A stretch of 64,000 nucleotides of DNA from Blastocatellia bacterium. GTDB taxonomy: Bacteria > Acidobacteriota > Blastocatellia > UBA7656. Location of the stretch: contig CAVXWP010000007.1 in NCBI GenBank assembly GCA_963765495.1, positions 128,001-192,000 on the forward strand, given 5' to 3'. The translations under genes and the position numbers were made by a program. The notes below the pieces were generated by a model that was not told where the DNA came from, did not search any database, and saw only the letters and a program-made list of their open reading frames with translations. Positions 9,789 through 20,007 of the stretch are shown piece after piece. Position 1 is the stretch's first letter. Each line of letters begins with the position of its first letter.

Positions 9789-9829
9789 TGAGCCCTGTAA
9801 GACTCAAACTCGCGACCCCTTAATCAAGG
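9789..9829 (-). pseudogene. Degenerate copy of the tRNA-Lys 3' half (att-like scar or pseudo-tRNA)
   Basis: tgagccctgtaagactcaaactcgcgaccc matches tgagccgtgtaggactcgaacctacgaccc (10088-10117) at 24/30 positions. Confidence 0.55.
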
Positions 9830-10034
9830 CAATAAGCTTGCGTGTTACAGCTAGTCGCCAAGTTCATAAACTAACAAATCATGTGCTGTCCTGTCCATAG
9901 CTTGTTGCCGATTTTATTTTGCCTGCCGTCAAGATCACCGGGCCAAACCGAACTCCTTCATAAGTTAGCATTTTGCGCGGTTTCGAAGGTAAAACACGTA
10001 TGGTCTTGCGGGAGTTCAATCAGGCGTTTCGGCT

Positions 10035-10080
10035 CTCAAATGAAAAAGGGAAGACATTCGATCTCCCCTTTTCATTTGAG
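10035..10080 (-). terminator. Hairpin downstream of tRNA-Lys, probable terminator
   Basis: CTCAAATGAAAA / TTTTCATTTGAG 12-bp arms plus inner GGG/CCC pairing. Confidence 0.6.
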
Positions 10081-10084
10081 TTTA

Positions 10085-10160
<76 letters not shown>

Positions 10161-10333
10161 AATTTATCAAGTTTGAATGTCACTCATGCGTAAATATCGG
10201 TGACAAATTCAAAATTGCATCTTAGCAATTGGGGTTCGACCCGTCAACCCTGGCATTACTCCTCATTCTGCTCTCTGCAAACGACACGGCTGCTTGTCTC
10301 AAAGCTATTTTCAAGCTCCCGGCCAGAACCGGC

Positions 10334-11119
10334 CTAAAGCATGAAATTGAAGGTGATCGTGCCTATGACTTTTACACCTACGCCGTTGAGCATAGTTGGG
10401 TTCCACCTCCACTTTAGCGCCGCCGCGAGAGATACATCCTTTAACAACGGGTGGCCCGAAAGCACCCGCGCCGAAGACACATTACCCTGCTCATCAATCA
10501 AAACCTCGACTACTACAGCACCGCTGACGCAAGCGGCCTTTGCAAGCGCTGGGTATGAAGGCTCAACTTTCCTGATTGCAGTCCCTTGCAACATCTGGCT
10601 TGCCCGGCGAACAATCTGAACCTCGACGGGGGGCATCTGTCTTTTAGCCTCAGGCGGCTTGGGTGGAGGCGGCGCAGCAGATTTGTCTCCATACGGGCTG
10701 CCCGTATCTATTCCTTCGGGTATGCCTTTTGCAGAGCCAAAGGGTGAACCCGTATCGGCTCCATTCCTGTTGACCCCTACTGATATTGTTTCGATTTGAG
10801 GGAAATCCGGTGGCGTTTGTCTGGGCGCAGAAATCTTATCGGGGACAGTCAGTACAGACTGAATTCTTTCGACCGGCTGTGTCTTATCCGATGCCGACGG
10901 TCTGTGTTCTGAAACCCGTCGCAACGGGGCTGGCGGCGGTGTGGGTGTGGCAAGGGCTGTCAGTGTGTACTGATCGTTGAGGCGCGCGTCATAGGCGAAT
11001 ATTCCCGTGGCTATAATCATAGTGAGCGCCATCATCCATACAGTCGCTGTTGCTGTGAAGTAGGGCCATCTCTTGCCCCTTTTCCTGGCAGACGAGGATT
11101 CTACTAATTTTTCAAACAT
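10334..11119 (-). CDS. tonB: Energy transducer TonB
   Basis: N-terminal TM, Pro-rich linker, PSYPALAKAA..GAVVVEVLIDEQG..SGHPLL..WRWNP TonB C-domain. Confidence 0.88.
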   Translation of the reverse strand: MFEKLVESSSARKRGKRWPYFTATATVWMMALTMIIATGIFAYDARLNDQYTLTALATPTPPPAPLRRVSEHRPSASDKTQPVERIQSVLTVPDKISAPRQTPPDFPQIETISVGVNRNGADTGSPFGSAKGIPEGIDTGSPYGDKSAAPPPPKPPEAKRQMPPVEVQIVRRASQMLQGTAIRKVEPSYPALAKAACVSGAVVVEVLIDEQGNVSSARVLSGHPLLKDVSLAAALKWRWNPTMLNGVGVKVIGTITFNFML

Positions 11120-11224
11120 TACTCTCCCTCCAATGTTTTGCTAAGGATCACGGCGCTGACTACTTTGGCGCTCCCGCTCGAAACAGGGTGATTTGACAAG
11201 TGAGTGGAATCAAACTCCGCAGCC

Positions 11225-11253
11225 TTAGACTCCGGCCACGCTCTCTTTGTTCC
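11225..11253 (-). promoter_or_regulatory. Possible RpoE-type ECF promoter for tonB
   Basis: Minus strand GGAAC-N18-GTCTAA about 105 nt upstream of the tonB start. Confidence 0.45.
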
Positions 11254-11389
11254 CATTCGTCTTTAACTGATTGAAAGGTTTATTGCTCAGGCATAAAATA
11301 GCCTCGCCGCGCAGAAGGATCAGCCGCTGATTCGAACAATCAATTTCTCGGCCCTCTTTTTGCGCACTTTTGAGCACAGGGAATCAACG

Positions 11390-13111
11390 ATGAAAGTGGA
11401 CCCGGTCAAACTCGAAATATTCAAATCGCTCTACTCTTCGGTAGCCGAGGAGATGGGCGTATCTTTGCGGCGGTCGGCCTTCTCTCCAAACATAAAAGAG
11501 CGCCGCGATTATTCCTGCGCCGTCTTTAACAGCGAAGGCGTTCTTATAGCTCAGGGCGATCATATGCCTGTTCATCTCGGCTCGATGCCGATGTCTGTCC
11601 GCGCAGCCCTCGATCTGTTACAACTCGCGCCCGGTGACATAGCGGTTCTCAACGATCCTTACGCGGGCGGAACCCATCTGCCCGATGTGACTATGGTGGC
11701 CGCCGTATTCGGGGGCCAGGGGCCGGGAGCCAGGGCAGGGGCCGGGGGCCGGGGGCCGGGGGCCGGGGCACAAAGGTTAGTAGTCACTGACAGACACGCA
11801 ACAGCCAGGTTGAAGAGGTCGGAATGGAACACCCATAAGGGTACAAAACAAACGCAAGTCAAATACTGGCCCCCGGCCCCTGGCCCCCGGCCCCTCTTCT
11901 ACGTTGCCAACCGCGCCCACCATGCCGACATTGGAGGTGCGACGCCGGGTTCTATGGGAAGGGCCGAAGAGATTTATCAGGAAGGGCTGAGGATACCACC
12001 CGTTCGATTGATGAGGGGCGGGCGCATCAACGATGATGTGATGCGATTGATTGCGGCAAACGTCCGTCTGCCCGAAGAGCGCGAGGGAGATTTGACGGCA
12101 CAACTCGGGGCGATCAATACGGGCGCGGCTCGGCTCGTTGAAATAGTCGAGCGATACGGGTTCAGGGAAGCCGATCTTTATGCCTCGCATTTGATCAATT
12201 ATACCGCTCGGATGATGCGGAGCGTCATCGCCAGCCTGCCCGACGGTCTTTACAAAGCCGAAGACTTTCTTGATGACGACGGGTTTTCAGACGAGCCTGT
12301 CCGTATAGCCGTGAGCATCGAGATCAAAGGCGAACAGGCAATCGTAGATTTCACAGGCAGCGCGCCGCAGGTTCGCGGCCCTGTCAATGCTGTCGAAGCA
12401 ATCACGGTCTCGGCAGTCTATTACGTATTCCGGTGCCTTATACCTATGGACGTTCCCGCAAGCCAGGGGATACTCGAACCGATTAGAGTAATCGCGCCCG
12501 TTGCGACCGTGGTCAATGCCCGTCCGCCCGCTGCGGTCGCGGGCGGAAATGTCGAAACCTCTCAGCGAATAGTCGATGTGCTGCTGCTCGCGCTCTCAAA
12601 AGCCTCGGCTGGCGTGCCTGCCGCAAGCCAGGGCACTATGAACAATCTGACCATAGGCGGCGTAGACGCGCGCACAAATCGGCAGTTCGCCTACTATGAA
12701 ACGATAGCGGGCGGAATGGGTGCCCGGCCCTCAAGCGACGGGCTTGATGCGATCCATACTCACATGACTAATTCATTGAATACGCCCGCCGAGGCGATGG
12801 AATACGCCTATCCCATGCGAGTGCGGCGATATGAGATACGACGCGGATCGGGCGGTGGTGGCCGGTTTCGCGGCGGCGATGGGATTGTGCGAGAGATAGA
12901 ACTGTTAACACGCGCGCAGGTTACTATACTGGCTGACCGGCGCAAGACTCGACCCTACGGGCTTGCCGGCGGAGAGAAGGGGGCGCCGGGCCGCACGCTT
13001 CTGATAAGCGATAAGGGCGAACGGTTGCTTGCGGGAAAAGATTCGGTTCACGCAAGCGCGGGCGACCGTATCCGCGTAGAGACGCCCGGCGGTGGCGGGT
13101 ACGGAAAGTGA
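11390..13111 (+). CDS. Hydantoinase B/5-oxoprolinase family protein with in-frame repeat-element insertion
   Basis: SPNIKERRDYSC, HMPVHLGSM, NDPYAGGTHLPD, RAHHADIGG, HTHMTNSLNTP, ETPGGGGYG; start taken at ATG 11390 (MKVDPVKLEIF). Confidence 0.9.
   Translation: MKVDPVKLEIFKSLYSSVAEEMGVSLRRSAFSPNIKERRDYSCAVFNSEGVLIAQGDHMPVHLGSMPMSVRAALDLLQLAPGDIAVLNDPYAGGTHLPDVTMVAAVFGGQGPGARAGAGGRGPGAGAQRLVVTDRHATARLKRSEWNTHKGTKQTQVKYWPPAPGPRPLFYVANRAHHADIGGATPGSMGRAEEIYQEGLRIPPVRLMRGGRINDDVMRLIAANVRLPEEREGDLTAQLGAINTGAARLVEIVERYGFREADLYASHLINYTARMMRSVIASLPDGLYKAEDFLDDDGFSDEPVRIAVSIEIKGEQAIVDFTGSAPQVRGPVNAVEAITVSAVYYVFRCLIPMDVPASQGILEPIRVIAPVATVVNARPPAAVAGGNVETSQRIVDVLLLALSKASAGVPAASQGTMNNLTIGGVDARTNRQFAYYETIAGGMGARPSSDGLDAIHTHMTNSLNTPAEAMEYAYPMRVRRYEIRRGSGGGGRFRGGDGIVREIELLTRAQVTILADRRKTRPYGLAGGEKGAPGRTLLISDKGERLLAGKDSVHASAGDRIRVETPGGGGYGK
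11711..11893. repeat. Inverted GGGGCCG-heptamer element inserted in frame
   Basis: (GGGGCC[A/G])n arm 11711-11768, ~97-nt AT-richer spacer, (CCCC[T/C]GG)n arm 11866-11893; 183 nt = 61 codons. Confidence 0.85.
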
Positions 13112-13208
13112 TACGTGATTCGATTTCTGATGCGTGATGCGTGAGTTCAGGCAGGCCGCAGGTTCAAGACTACTTGCAAGTCTGGTAAATCACGTATCAC
13201 GCATCACG
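13108..13208. repeat. Inverted TGATGCG-heptamer element, copy A
   Basis: gtgatacgtga..tgatgcgtgatgcgtga / tcacgtatcacgcatcacg with core caggcaggccgcaggttcaagactacttgcaagtctg. Confidence 0.8.
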
Positions 13209-15392
13209 CTATACTTCTTCAAGGATCAGGTTTGAAGAATCCTGTTTGCTTCGAACTTCTTCAATCAGGTTTTGTACGATTTCAGTCAGCTTCTGGATGG
13301 AAGTCGGATTGAGAAACACTTTCTTGATACCGAGTTCGCGTGCAGTCTCTTTGTCTTGAGTGCGGATGTAGCCTGTGGCCATAACTATAGGCACATCCCG
13401 GCGAATTTTCTGGATAAGACGAATAAGCTCAGGCCCTTCAAACTCCGGCGGACATATCGGTTATGACTATGTCATAGCGGTCGGGTTCGGCGCGAAATGC
13501 CATCAGTGCCTCCTGAGGGCGGTCGAATCCGGCCACCTCATAGCCCTGTCGCTCAAGCATTCGCTTGGCCAGAAAGACGAGCGGTTCCTCATCATCCACA
13601 AACATGATGCATCCGCGAGAGTGGCGCGTTTTGCACTTTGACTCCGGTTTCGAATGCTCTACCCCGGCTTCGACCGTCGGGAAATAGAGATTGAAGAGAG
13701 TCCCCTTTCCCGGTTCGCTGTAAACGGTCACGGCCCCGTCATGGCTTTTCATAATGCCATGCACCTGCGAGAGCCCCAGACCTGTCCCTTCGCCCGAGGG
13801 TTTGGTAGTGAAAAACGGCTCAAAGATGTGTCGTTGTGTCTGCGTGTCCATGCCGCAGCCGGTGTCGCTTACCGACAGACGCAGATAACGCCTTGGGCGC
13901 ACGCCCATCGCCGAGGCTTCTTCGTCGCCGAGCATAACCTCAGACAAATCGATCTCTATCTGCCCGCCGTGTTCTTTCATCGCATGAGCGGCGTTCGTCC
14001 CGAGGTTCATCAGCACCTGATGAATCTGAGTGGGATCGGCCGACACAAGCCGGGGTTCAATGTCCTCATGGCTTGAGGTAATCTTGATCTTTGCCGGAAG
14101 AACCGCCCGCAGGAATCCGAGCGCCTCTTCGATTATCGGCTCCAGCCTGATGATCTTGCGCATCGTCTTTTGATTGCGGCTGATCGTCAAAATCTGCTGC
14201 ACTATGTCGGTAGCCCTATCAACGGCCTTCTCGATCTCGGCGAGGCTTACCTGCGCGGTATGTTCGATCGGTATGTCGAGCCGCGCAAGTTTTACATTTC
14301 CGGCAAGCGCCGCAAGGATATTGTTGAAGTCGTGCGCTATGCCTCCCGCCAGCCGCCCGATGGCTTCCATCTTCTGCGATTGACGCAGGTGGTCGGCCAG
14401 TCTCCTTTGCTCGGTCGTGTCGCGGAAGGAGGCCAGCAGCACCGGCTTTCTGTTCCTTTCCACCTGCACAACGTGCATATCCGCACTGCGGGTCTCGCCG
14501 TCTCGCCATATCTGGATTTCGCAGAATTGCCCTTCCTGTACGGAGAACCCCAGCAGTTCACCTATAAAATCTTCGCGGCTCTTGCCGAACATATTGTGCA
14601 TTCCTTTATTGTCAATCGTGTACTCACGAATCTGCTTGTCGTGCCAGGTGCCGCGCATCTTAAGCACGGTGAGCCCCCGGCGCATCTCGCCCTGCAACTC
14701 CACGTATCGCAGAAGGATGATCGTGTCGGTGATCGTCGAGATGTGCGTCTCGGTGATCGATTCGCCTCCCAGAGGCATCGAGGTCGTGTTTGTGAACAAT
14801 CCGGTTATTTCCTGATGCTTGATAAAGCTTGTGATGCCGATGACGAATTCGCGGAATGACTTGATTGTCGAAACGCGCTCAAAGGCCGACATGCTGTCTA
14901 CGGCTACGCGGCTCGGGTTAAAATCCTTGATGTCTCGTTTCATTTGCAACAGGTGGTCTTCAAGCCCCATGACCTCCGGGTATCGGCAGATGATTCGCAG
15001 CAACCCGTCTTTTTCAGCCTTTTCCAGATCGACGCCCCACGAAGTCGCGTTGCGTGTGAGTTGCTCGCGGCTCTCTTCGGCCCCGAACAAAATGGCGCGC
15101 TCGCCCGCGTTTATGGCCGCCTTTATGTACTCGGTGACCATAAGCGTCTTGCCCGTTCCGGTAGCACCGCTGACGAGGATGATCGAGTCGCGGTACATGC
15201 CGTGTATCCGTAAAGGCGTTCGGCGGCAGGATTCCAACTGGTGAGCGTTCCATCGAGTGTCTTTGTCAGAATCGCATCATCGGAAGATTCGATGATGGTT
15301 CTGTAAAGCCGTTCTCTTGTGGCCTGTTGCTCTTCGCGGCTTAGAGTTTTTTCGTTAATAACCTGCATAAGATTCAACCATTCATAAAGCAT
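13209..15392 (-). pseudogene. Chimeric, frameshifted PAS / KaiC-CII / PAS / histidine kinase / receiver locus
   Basis: PAS start IIESSDDAI..WNPAAERLYGY breaks at ~15200; KaiC CII (GATGTGKT, EESREQL, HISTITDTII, KMRGTWHDK) ~15198-14596 fused in frame to PAS remnant + RQSQKMEAIGRLAGGIAHDFNN..GTGLGL + REC; REC frameshifts at ~13450 and continues to 13209. Confidence 0.75.
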
Positions 15393-15762
15393 GGACCGAT
15401 AATCTTTGCCCTCGCCCTCACCGATATGCGGGACTCGGATTTTGTATCGGGCCAGTTATAGTACGCCGGTTTTCTTTTGGGGGCCGTTTCCATTATTCGG
15501 GGGACCTGGAACCAGCATTCTTCCACTCTTACTATATCCCACCTCTCTTATCAATGCATATCGTTGCCGGAGATCAAGTGTGAACAGCAAGGCCATGTAG
15601 TTCTCAGATGGGTTTGTTTGCGACTTTGCAGGCAACTATTTCTCGCAAAATCGCCAGGTGCCCTCGGTACGCCAGGAATTTCTAAATGGCCCTGAATCTC
15701 TGGATTTTTGCGGCATCCTTTACTTTTACAACCTGAAGGGGGCTTTGCTAAAATTCATACGC

Positions 15763-16464
15763 ATGCTCGAAGAGATAACAGAGCGACTTGCGCGGGTAAA
15801 CGAACGTATAGAGCGGGCTGCCCGCAGCGCCGGACGCAGCGCCGAAGAGATTACTCTCGTCACCGTATCAAAGACATTTGATCACGCAACGGTTCAGCAG
15901 GCGGTAGAGGCGGGCGCGCGCGACCTGGGCGAAAACCGCGTGCAGGAGGCGGTGGCTAAAGCGCCGCACATCAGAGGCGAAAACCTCAGATGGCATCTGA
16001 TCGGCCCCCTGCAATCAAACAAGGCCAGGGCGGCCGTTTCTACGTTTGATGTTATCCACACTGTAGATTCCGCGCGTCTGGCAGATCGCCTTGACCGCGT
16101 CGCGGCGGAAGAAGGCCGCCGCGTGGAAGTGCTGATACAAATTGACCTCGCGGGCGAGCCTCGAAAATCGGGCGCAACCGAAGCCGAATTGCCCAGAGTC
16201 GTAGAGGCACTCGACCGGGCCAGAGCGCTCGACTTTCGAGGCCTGATGACCTTGCCGCCTTTTTTTGAATCGGCGGAAGAGACGCGCCCTTACTTTCAAA
16301 GACTTCGGCACTTGCTTGAAAGCCTGAACCACAGCCGCCCGGCTGAAAGCAGGCTCACTGCTCTTTCGATGGGAATGAGTCACGATTTCGAGGTGGCAAT
16401 AGAGGAGGGCGCGACGATTATCCGCGTAGGCACGGCCATTTTCGGATCGCGCCAAAAGAGATAA
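15763..16464 (+). CDS. yggS: PLP homeostasis protein YggS
   Basis: VSKT, GENRVQE, WHLIGPLQSNK, GLMTLP, LSMGMSHDFEVAIEEGAT.IRVGTAIFG. Confidence 0.95.
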   Translation: MLEEITERLARVNERIERAARSAGRSAEEITLVTVSKTFDHATVQQAVEAGARDLGENRVQEAVAKAPHIRGENLRWHLIGPLQSNKARAAVSTFDVIHTVDSARLADRLDRVAAEEGRRVEVLIQIDLAGEPRKSGATEAELPRVVEALDRARALDFRGLMTLPPFFESAEETRPYFQRLRHLLESLNHSRPAESRLTALSMGMSHDFEVAIEEGATIIRVGTAIFGSRQKR

Positions 16465-16526
16465 ACTAAAAGGAAATAAAGACCGGTTGGCGCGGGCGAG
16501 AGTTTTGCGCCACAATCAATAATGAT

Positions 16527-17114
16527 ATGGACTTAATCATCGCTGCGCTCAATTTTCTTGGAAAGATAGTCTTCTGGGCTACTATAGTCTTTGCGTCGCT
16601 GTTTTTCTTGCGCGTGATCGTGACCTGGATCGGAGTCAATCCTTTCGGGCGAATCACTTATAACCTGACTCGAATAACCGAGCCGCTCGTGCGCCCGCTC
16701 CGGTCTCAATTCAGCAACAGATACATGCGTTATGATCTGCTGCCGCTCGTGTTAGGAGTAATGATCCTCTTTATAGGATTGTTCATCGCCAGCATGATCT
16801 GGCAACTCACGGGGATATTTGCAAACATCGCCTTCACCCTTATGAGGGGCACGCTCACCGCCGGGTTCCTGCTTGGCAACCTGATAAACCTGCTGGGATT
16901 GCTCTATGTGGTAGCGATCTTTTTGAGGTTCTTTCTGCCGTTTTTCGGAGTCGGTTACAGCAACAACCTTATGCGCTTTTTGTATGCGATAACCGAGCCG
17001 ATACTAAAACCGCTTCGCCGCATCTTTGTGGCCGGAATGTTCGATTTCTCGCCGCTCATCGCAATGGTCATAGTCCAGGTGTTCACTACGGTGCTTGCAA
17101 ACATGCTTATCTGA
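16527..17114 (+). CDS. yggT: YggT family membrane protein (duplicated domain)
   Basis: Two ITEP.. PLR / DFSPL repeats; follows yggS. Confidence 0.9.
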   Translation: MDLIIAALNFLGKIVFWATIVFASLFFLRVIVTWIGVNPFGRITYNLTRITEPLVRPLRSQFSNRYMRYDLLPLVLGVMILFIGLFIASMIWQLTGIFANIAFTLMRGTLTAGFLLGNLINLLGLLYVVAIFLRFFLPFFGVGYSNNLMRFLYAITEPILKPLRRIFVAGMFDFSPLIAMVIVQVFTTVLANMLI

Positions 17115-17128
17115 ACCGGCGAAAATTA

Positions 17129-17419
17129 ATGATCGAACTCACTGAAAGAGACGGGACCGTTACGTTCGCGGTTCGAGTCCAGCCTCGGGCCTCGCGGACC
17201 GAATCGGCGGGCGAACAGTCGGGCGCGCTGAAGCTCAGAGTAACCGCGCCGCCCGTGGACGGCAAAGCCAATGAAGAGTGCCGCAGGTTTCTGGCCAGGT
17301 TGATAGGCGTTCCCGCCCGGTCTGTAGAGATCATTTCAGGCGATTCATCACGAAATAAAATCATCCGCATCCACAACTCAAGCGCCGCCCGTGTCCGCGA
17401 TGCGCTGGCTGATGCGTGA
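17129..17419 (+). CDS. yggU: DUF167/YggU family protein
   Basis: VRVQPRASR, VTAPPVDGKANE, SGDSSRNK. Confidence 0.92.
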   Translation: MIELTERDGTVTFAVRVQPRASRTESAGEQSGALKLRVTAPPVDGKANEECRRFLARLIGVPARSVEIISGDSSRNKIIRIHNSSAARVRDALADA

Positions 17420-17498
17420 TGCGTGATCCGTGACGCAAGCAGGCTTGCAAGTCCGCTTAAACCTGCGGCCTGTCTGAAAGTCACGCATCACGCATCAC
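17410..17498. repeat. Inverted TGATGCG-heptamer element, copy B (opposite orientation to A)
   Basis: tgatgcgtgatgcgtgatccgtga / tcacgcatcacgcatcac; core is a diverged reverse complement of copy A; supplies the yggU stop. Confidence 0.8.
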
Positions 17499-17508
17499 AT
17501 GAACGGGT

Positions 17509-18330
17509 CTAATTCTTGATCGCATAAGTCACGTTGACCGTCACTCCGTCTTTACCGCTTACGGCGTTGACGACGGCCGTGCGCTTTTTGTTTGCGTCAT
17601 CGGCGACAAGGGTTCGCGACGGCTCTTCGCTTTGCTGCGTGAGGTTTGTGCGAATCTTCAGCCCGGCTTCTTCCAGCGCCCTTTGATAAAAGGCCGCGAC
17701 ATCGTCTATGGAATCATTTGTAGTAAAACTGAAGGACCCGCTTCTCCCGTCTTTGCCATCGGCCGAATAGTTGCCTCGAATAGTCGCTCCCGGATACGAA
17801 GGCAACCATTCGGGCAGATTTGCCGGGGCTCCGCTGCCCAATTTGACCGTGCCTTCTTCGGATTTCACCTCTACGCCGCCCGAATCGCCCTCGCCCTTTG
17901 CCTCTATTGTGACGGCTTCTTTGCCTTCTTCTTTAAACTCGATCTTTCCCCGGCGCGCATCTTCCAGGTTTACGGTTACGGTCTTGCCTGTCTTCTTATC
18001 CCTGACCGTTATGAGTCCCTTCTCTTCATCAACCGAGACGAGTTCGAGATCGGGGTTTGTGGCCGTTATAAATTTCGCCATCGCAAGCGCGGGTTGTTTC
18101 TCCATCAACTCCGGGTCAAGCCCCGCTTCCTTAGCCATTCGCGAGGCTTTTTGATAAGCAAAGTAACCTGCAATGGCGAACCCGATCACCGATATGATTA
18201 TTAGCGAGCCGCAGCCTAGCAGTATGTATAGCCATGTCTTCTTCTTTTTCGGCGGCTCGCCCTGTGGATACTGCGAATACTGCGGCGGCGGCCCGGGCTG
18301 ATATTGCTGTTGAGTATCGTAATTAGACAT
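17509..18330 (-). CDS. Hypothetical single-pass membrane protein
   Basis: Gln/Pro-rich N-terminus, KKKK + TM, C-terminal LPEWLPSYPGA domain; GGAG RBS. Confidence 0.8.
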   Translation of the reverse strand: MSNYDTQQQYQPGPPPQYSQYPQGEPPKKKKTWLYILLGCGSLIIISVIGFAIAGYFAYQKASRMAKEAGLDPELMEKQPALAMAKFITATNPDLELVSVDEEKGLITVRDKKTGKTVTVNLEDARRGKIEFKEEGKEAVTIEAKGEGDSGGVEVKSEEGTVKLGSGAPANLPEWLPSYPGATIRGNYSADGKDGRSGSFSFTTNDSIDDVAAFYQRALEEAGLKIRTNLTQQSEEPSRTLVADDANKKRTAVVNAVSGKDGVTVNVTYAIKN

Positions 18331-18506
18331 TCACTCTCCTTAAATCATTTCGGCACACATCCCCGGAAAAAATCTCCGGGCTGCATGCGCTGTTCTTCGC
18401 ACGCGCTTCGTCTGAGTAAGGGGTTCTTCAGAAAGCATTGCAGAGCAAACATACCATCTTCCGAAGTGGAGGCCAACTCCGGGTCGTATCGGTTTGAGTT
18501 CAACAG

Positions 18507-18578
18507 TTGCCACAGAAGCACAGAGACACAGAGATTCTTTTATTTTCTTCTCTCTGTGCCTCTGTGCCTCTGTGGCAA
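18507..18578. repeat. Inverted CACAGAG-nonamer element
   Basis: ttgccacagaagcacagagacacagaga / tctctgtgcctctgtgcctctgtggcaa. Confidence 0.85.
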
Positions 18579-18756
18579 ATTTTCTCTCTCTTAACAGCTA
18601 CCCGGATTCTTTGCCCGCCTGTGATTAGCTTTGACAGGATCGCGCCCCGTATGCCACTCTTTTACCGGGCCAATCCGCTGATTGGCCCTTTGCAGTATGT
18701 AAGTGGAGTAACCAATAGAAAGGTGACACAGATTTTACAATCTGTTACTGAAAGAG

Positions 18757-19995
18757 ATGATAGAGCCGGCTAGAAGGACAGAGAATTTTCATTATGCTAT
18801 TCGCAATCTGGTCCGCGCCGCCGAGACCGAAGAGCGCGCCGGGCGTAATGTCATTTACTTAAACATAGGGGACCCGCAACGCTACGGATTCCAGCCGCCC
18901 GCCCTGTTGTCTGAGGTGGTCGCGCGTGCGCTCTCGGATCGCTTTACCGGGTATGCCCATTCGCTCGGTCTGCTTGAAGCCAGGGAAGCGGTCGCCCGCT
19001 TTGCGACGGCACTTGGCGCGCCCACCGGCCCAAACGATGTTCTTATAACATCAGGCGCGAGCGAGGCAGCCGACCTCATACTGACCGCGCTTGTAAACGA
19101 AGGCGATGAAGTCTTATTGCCCGCGCCGGGTTATCCGCTCTATTCGGCCATCCTGAGCAAGTACGGCGCGGTGGCGCGTTACTACAATCTGGACGGCGAG
19201 CGAGGGTGGCAGCCTTCTACAGACGAAGTTCGTTCGCTCATCAATGACCGCACGCGGGCGCTGATTCTGATAAATCCCAATAACCCCACGGGCTCTATCA
19301 TCCCTGATGAAATCACCGTAGAGTTGCTGGAACTGGCCGCCGAACACAACCTGCTTGTGATTGCCGACGAAGTCTACAGGGACCTCTGCTTTGGCCCGCA
19401 GCCCTCCCCCTCTTCGGTGCTGGCCGAGGCAGCGGGCGTTCCGCTCGTTACGCTTGAGAGTCTGTCGAAGACGCACATGATACCGGGATGGCGAGTCGGC
19501 TGGATGCGTTACACAAACGCGGACAAGATGCGCGATGTTATCGCCTCGGTCAATCGCCTTGCCGATGGACGGCTCTGCTCGCCTACGCCAACGCAATATG
19601 CCGTGCGGCCCGCGCTCGAAGAGAGCCGCGAGCATCTGGCCGGGTTCATGAGCGAGATCAGAAGAAGGCGCGATCTGGCTCTTTCGCACATAGCCGGTAT
19701 CGACGGGTTATCTTGCGAGACACCGCAGGCGGCGTTTTACATGATGATCAAGGCATCCGATCTCAACGGGCGGACGGATGAAGAATTCGTGCTCGATATG
19801 TTGAGGGAATCGGGTGTTCTTGTCGTACACGGGTCAGGATTTGGTTCCGACCCCGTGCAGGGTTATTTCCGGCTCGTATACCTTGCCGATGAAGAGATGC
19901 TAAACGCGGCATTCACCGGGATTCGCCGTTTTATGGAGATGGAACCGATGCGCCCGACCCCGGGTCTTGAGCACGCGCAGATAATTACCAGATAA
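18757..19995 (+). CDS. Class I/II PLP-dependent aminotransferase (AlaA/AspB-like)
   Basis: LNIGDP, INPNNPTG, DEVY, SLSK..PGWRVGW. Confidence 0.9.
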   Translation: MIEPARRTENFHYAIRNLVRAAETEERAGRNVIYLNIGDPQRYGFQPPALLSEVVARALSDRFTGYAHSLGLLEAREAVARFATALGAPTGPNDVLITSGASEAADLILTALVNEGDEVLLPAPGYPLYSAILSKYGAVARYYNLDGERGWQPSTDEVRSLINDRTRALILINPNNPTGSIIPDEITVELLELAAEHNLLVIADEVYRDLCFGPQPSPSSVLAEAAGVPLVTLESLSKTHMIPGWRVGWMRYTNADKMRDVIASVNRLADGRLCSPTPTQYAVRPALEESREHLAGFMSEIRRRRDLALSHIAGIDGLSCETPQAAFYMMIKASDLNGRTDEEFVLDMLRESGVLVVHGSGFGSDPVQGYFRLVYLADEEMLNAAFTGIRRFMEMEPMRPTPGLEHAQIITR

Positions 19996-20007
19996 CAAGC
20001 GCGTGTC

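Noticed and set aside
11711-11893. Intein in the hydantoinase B gene
   Set aside because: Too short, lacks N-terminal Cys/Ser and C-terminal His-Asn; explained by a DNA repeat element
13438-13452. Selenocysteine or read-through at the kinase TGA
   Set aside because: The receiver domain continues in a different frame, so it is a frameshift
13438-15237. Complete circadian kaiABC clock
   Set aside because: Only the CII half of KaiC is present; no kaiA or kaiB in the window
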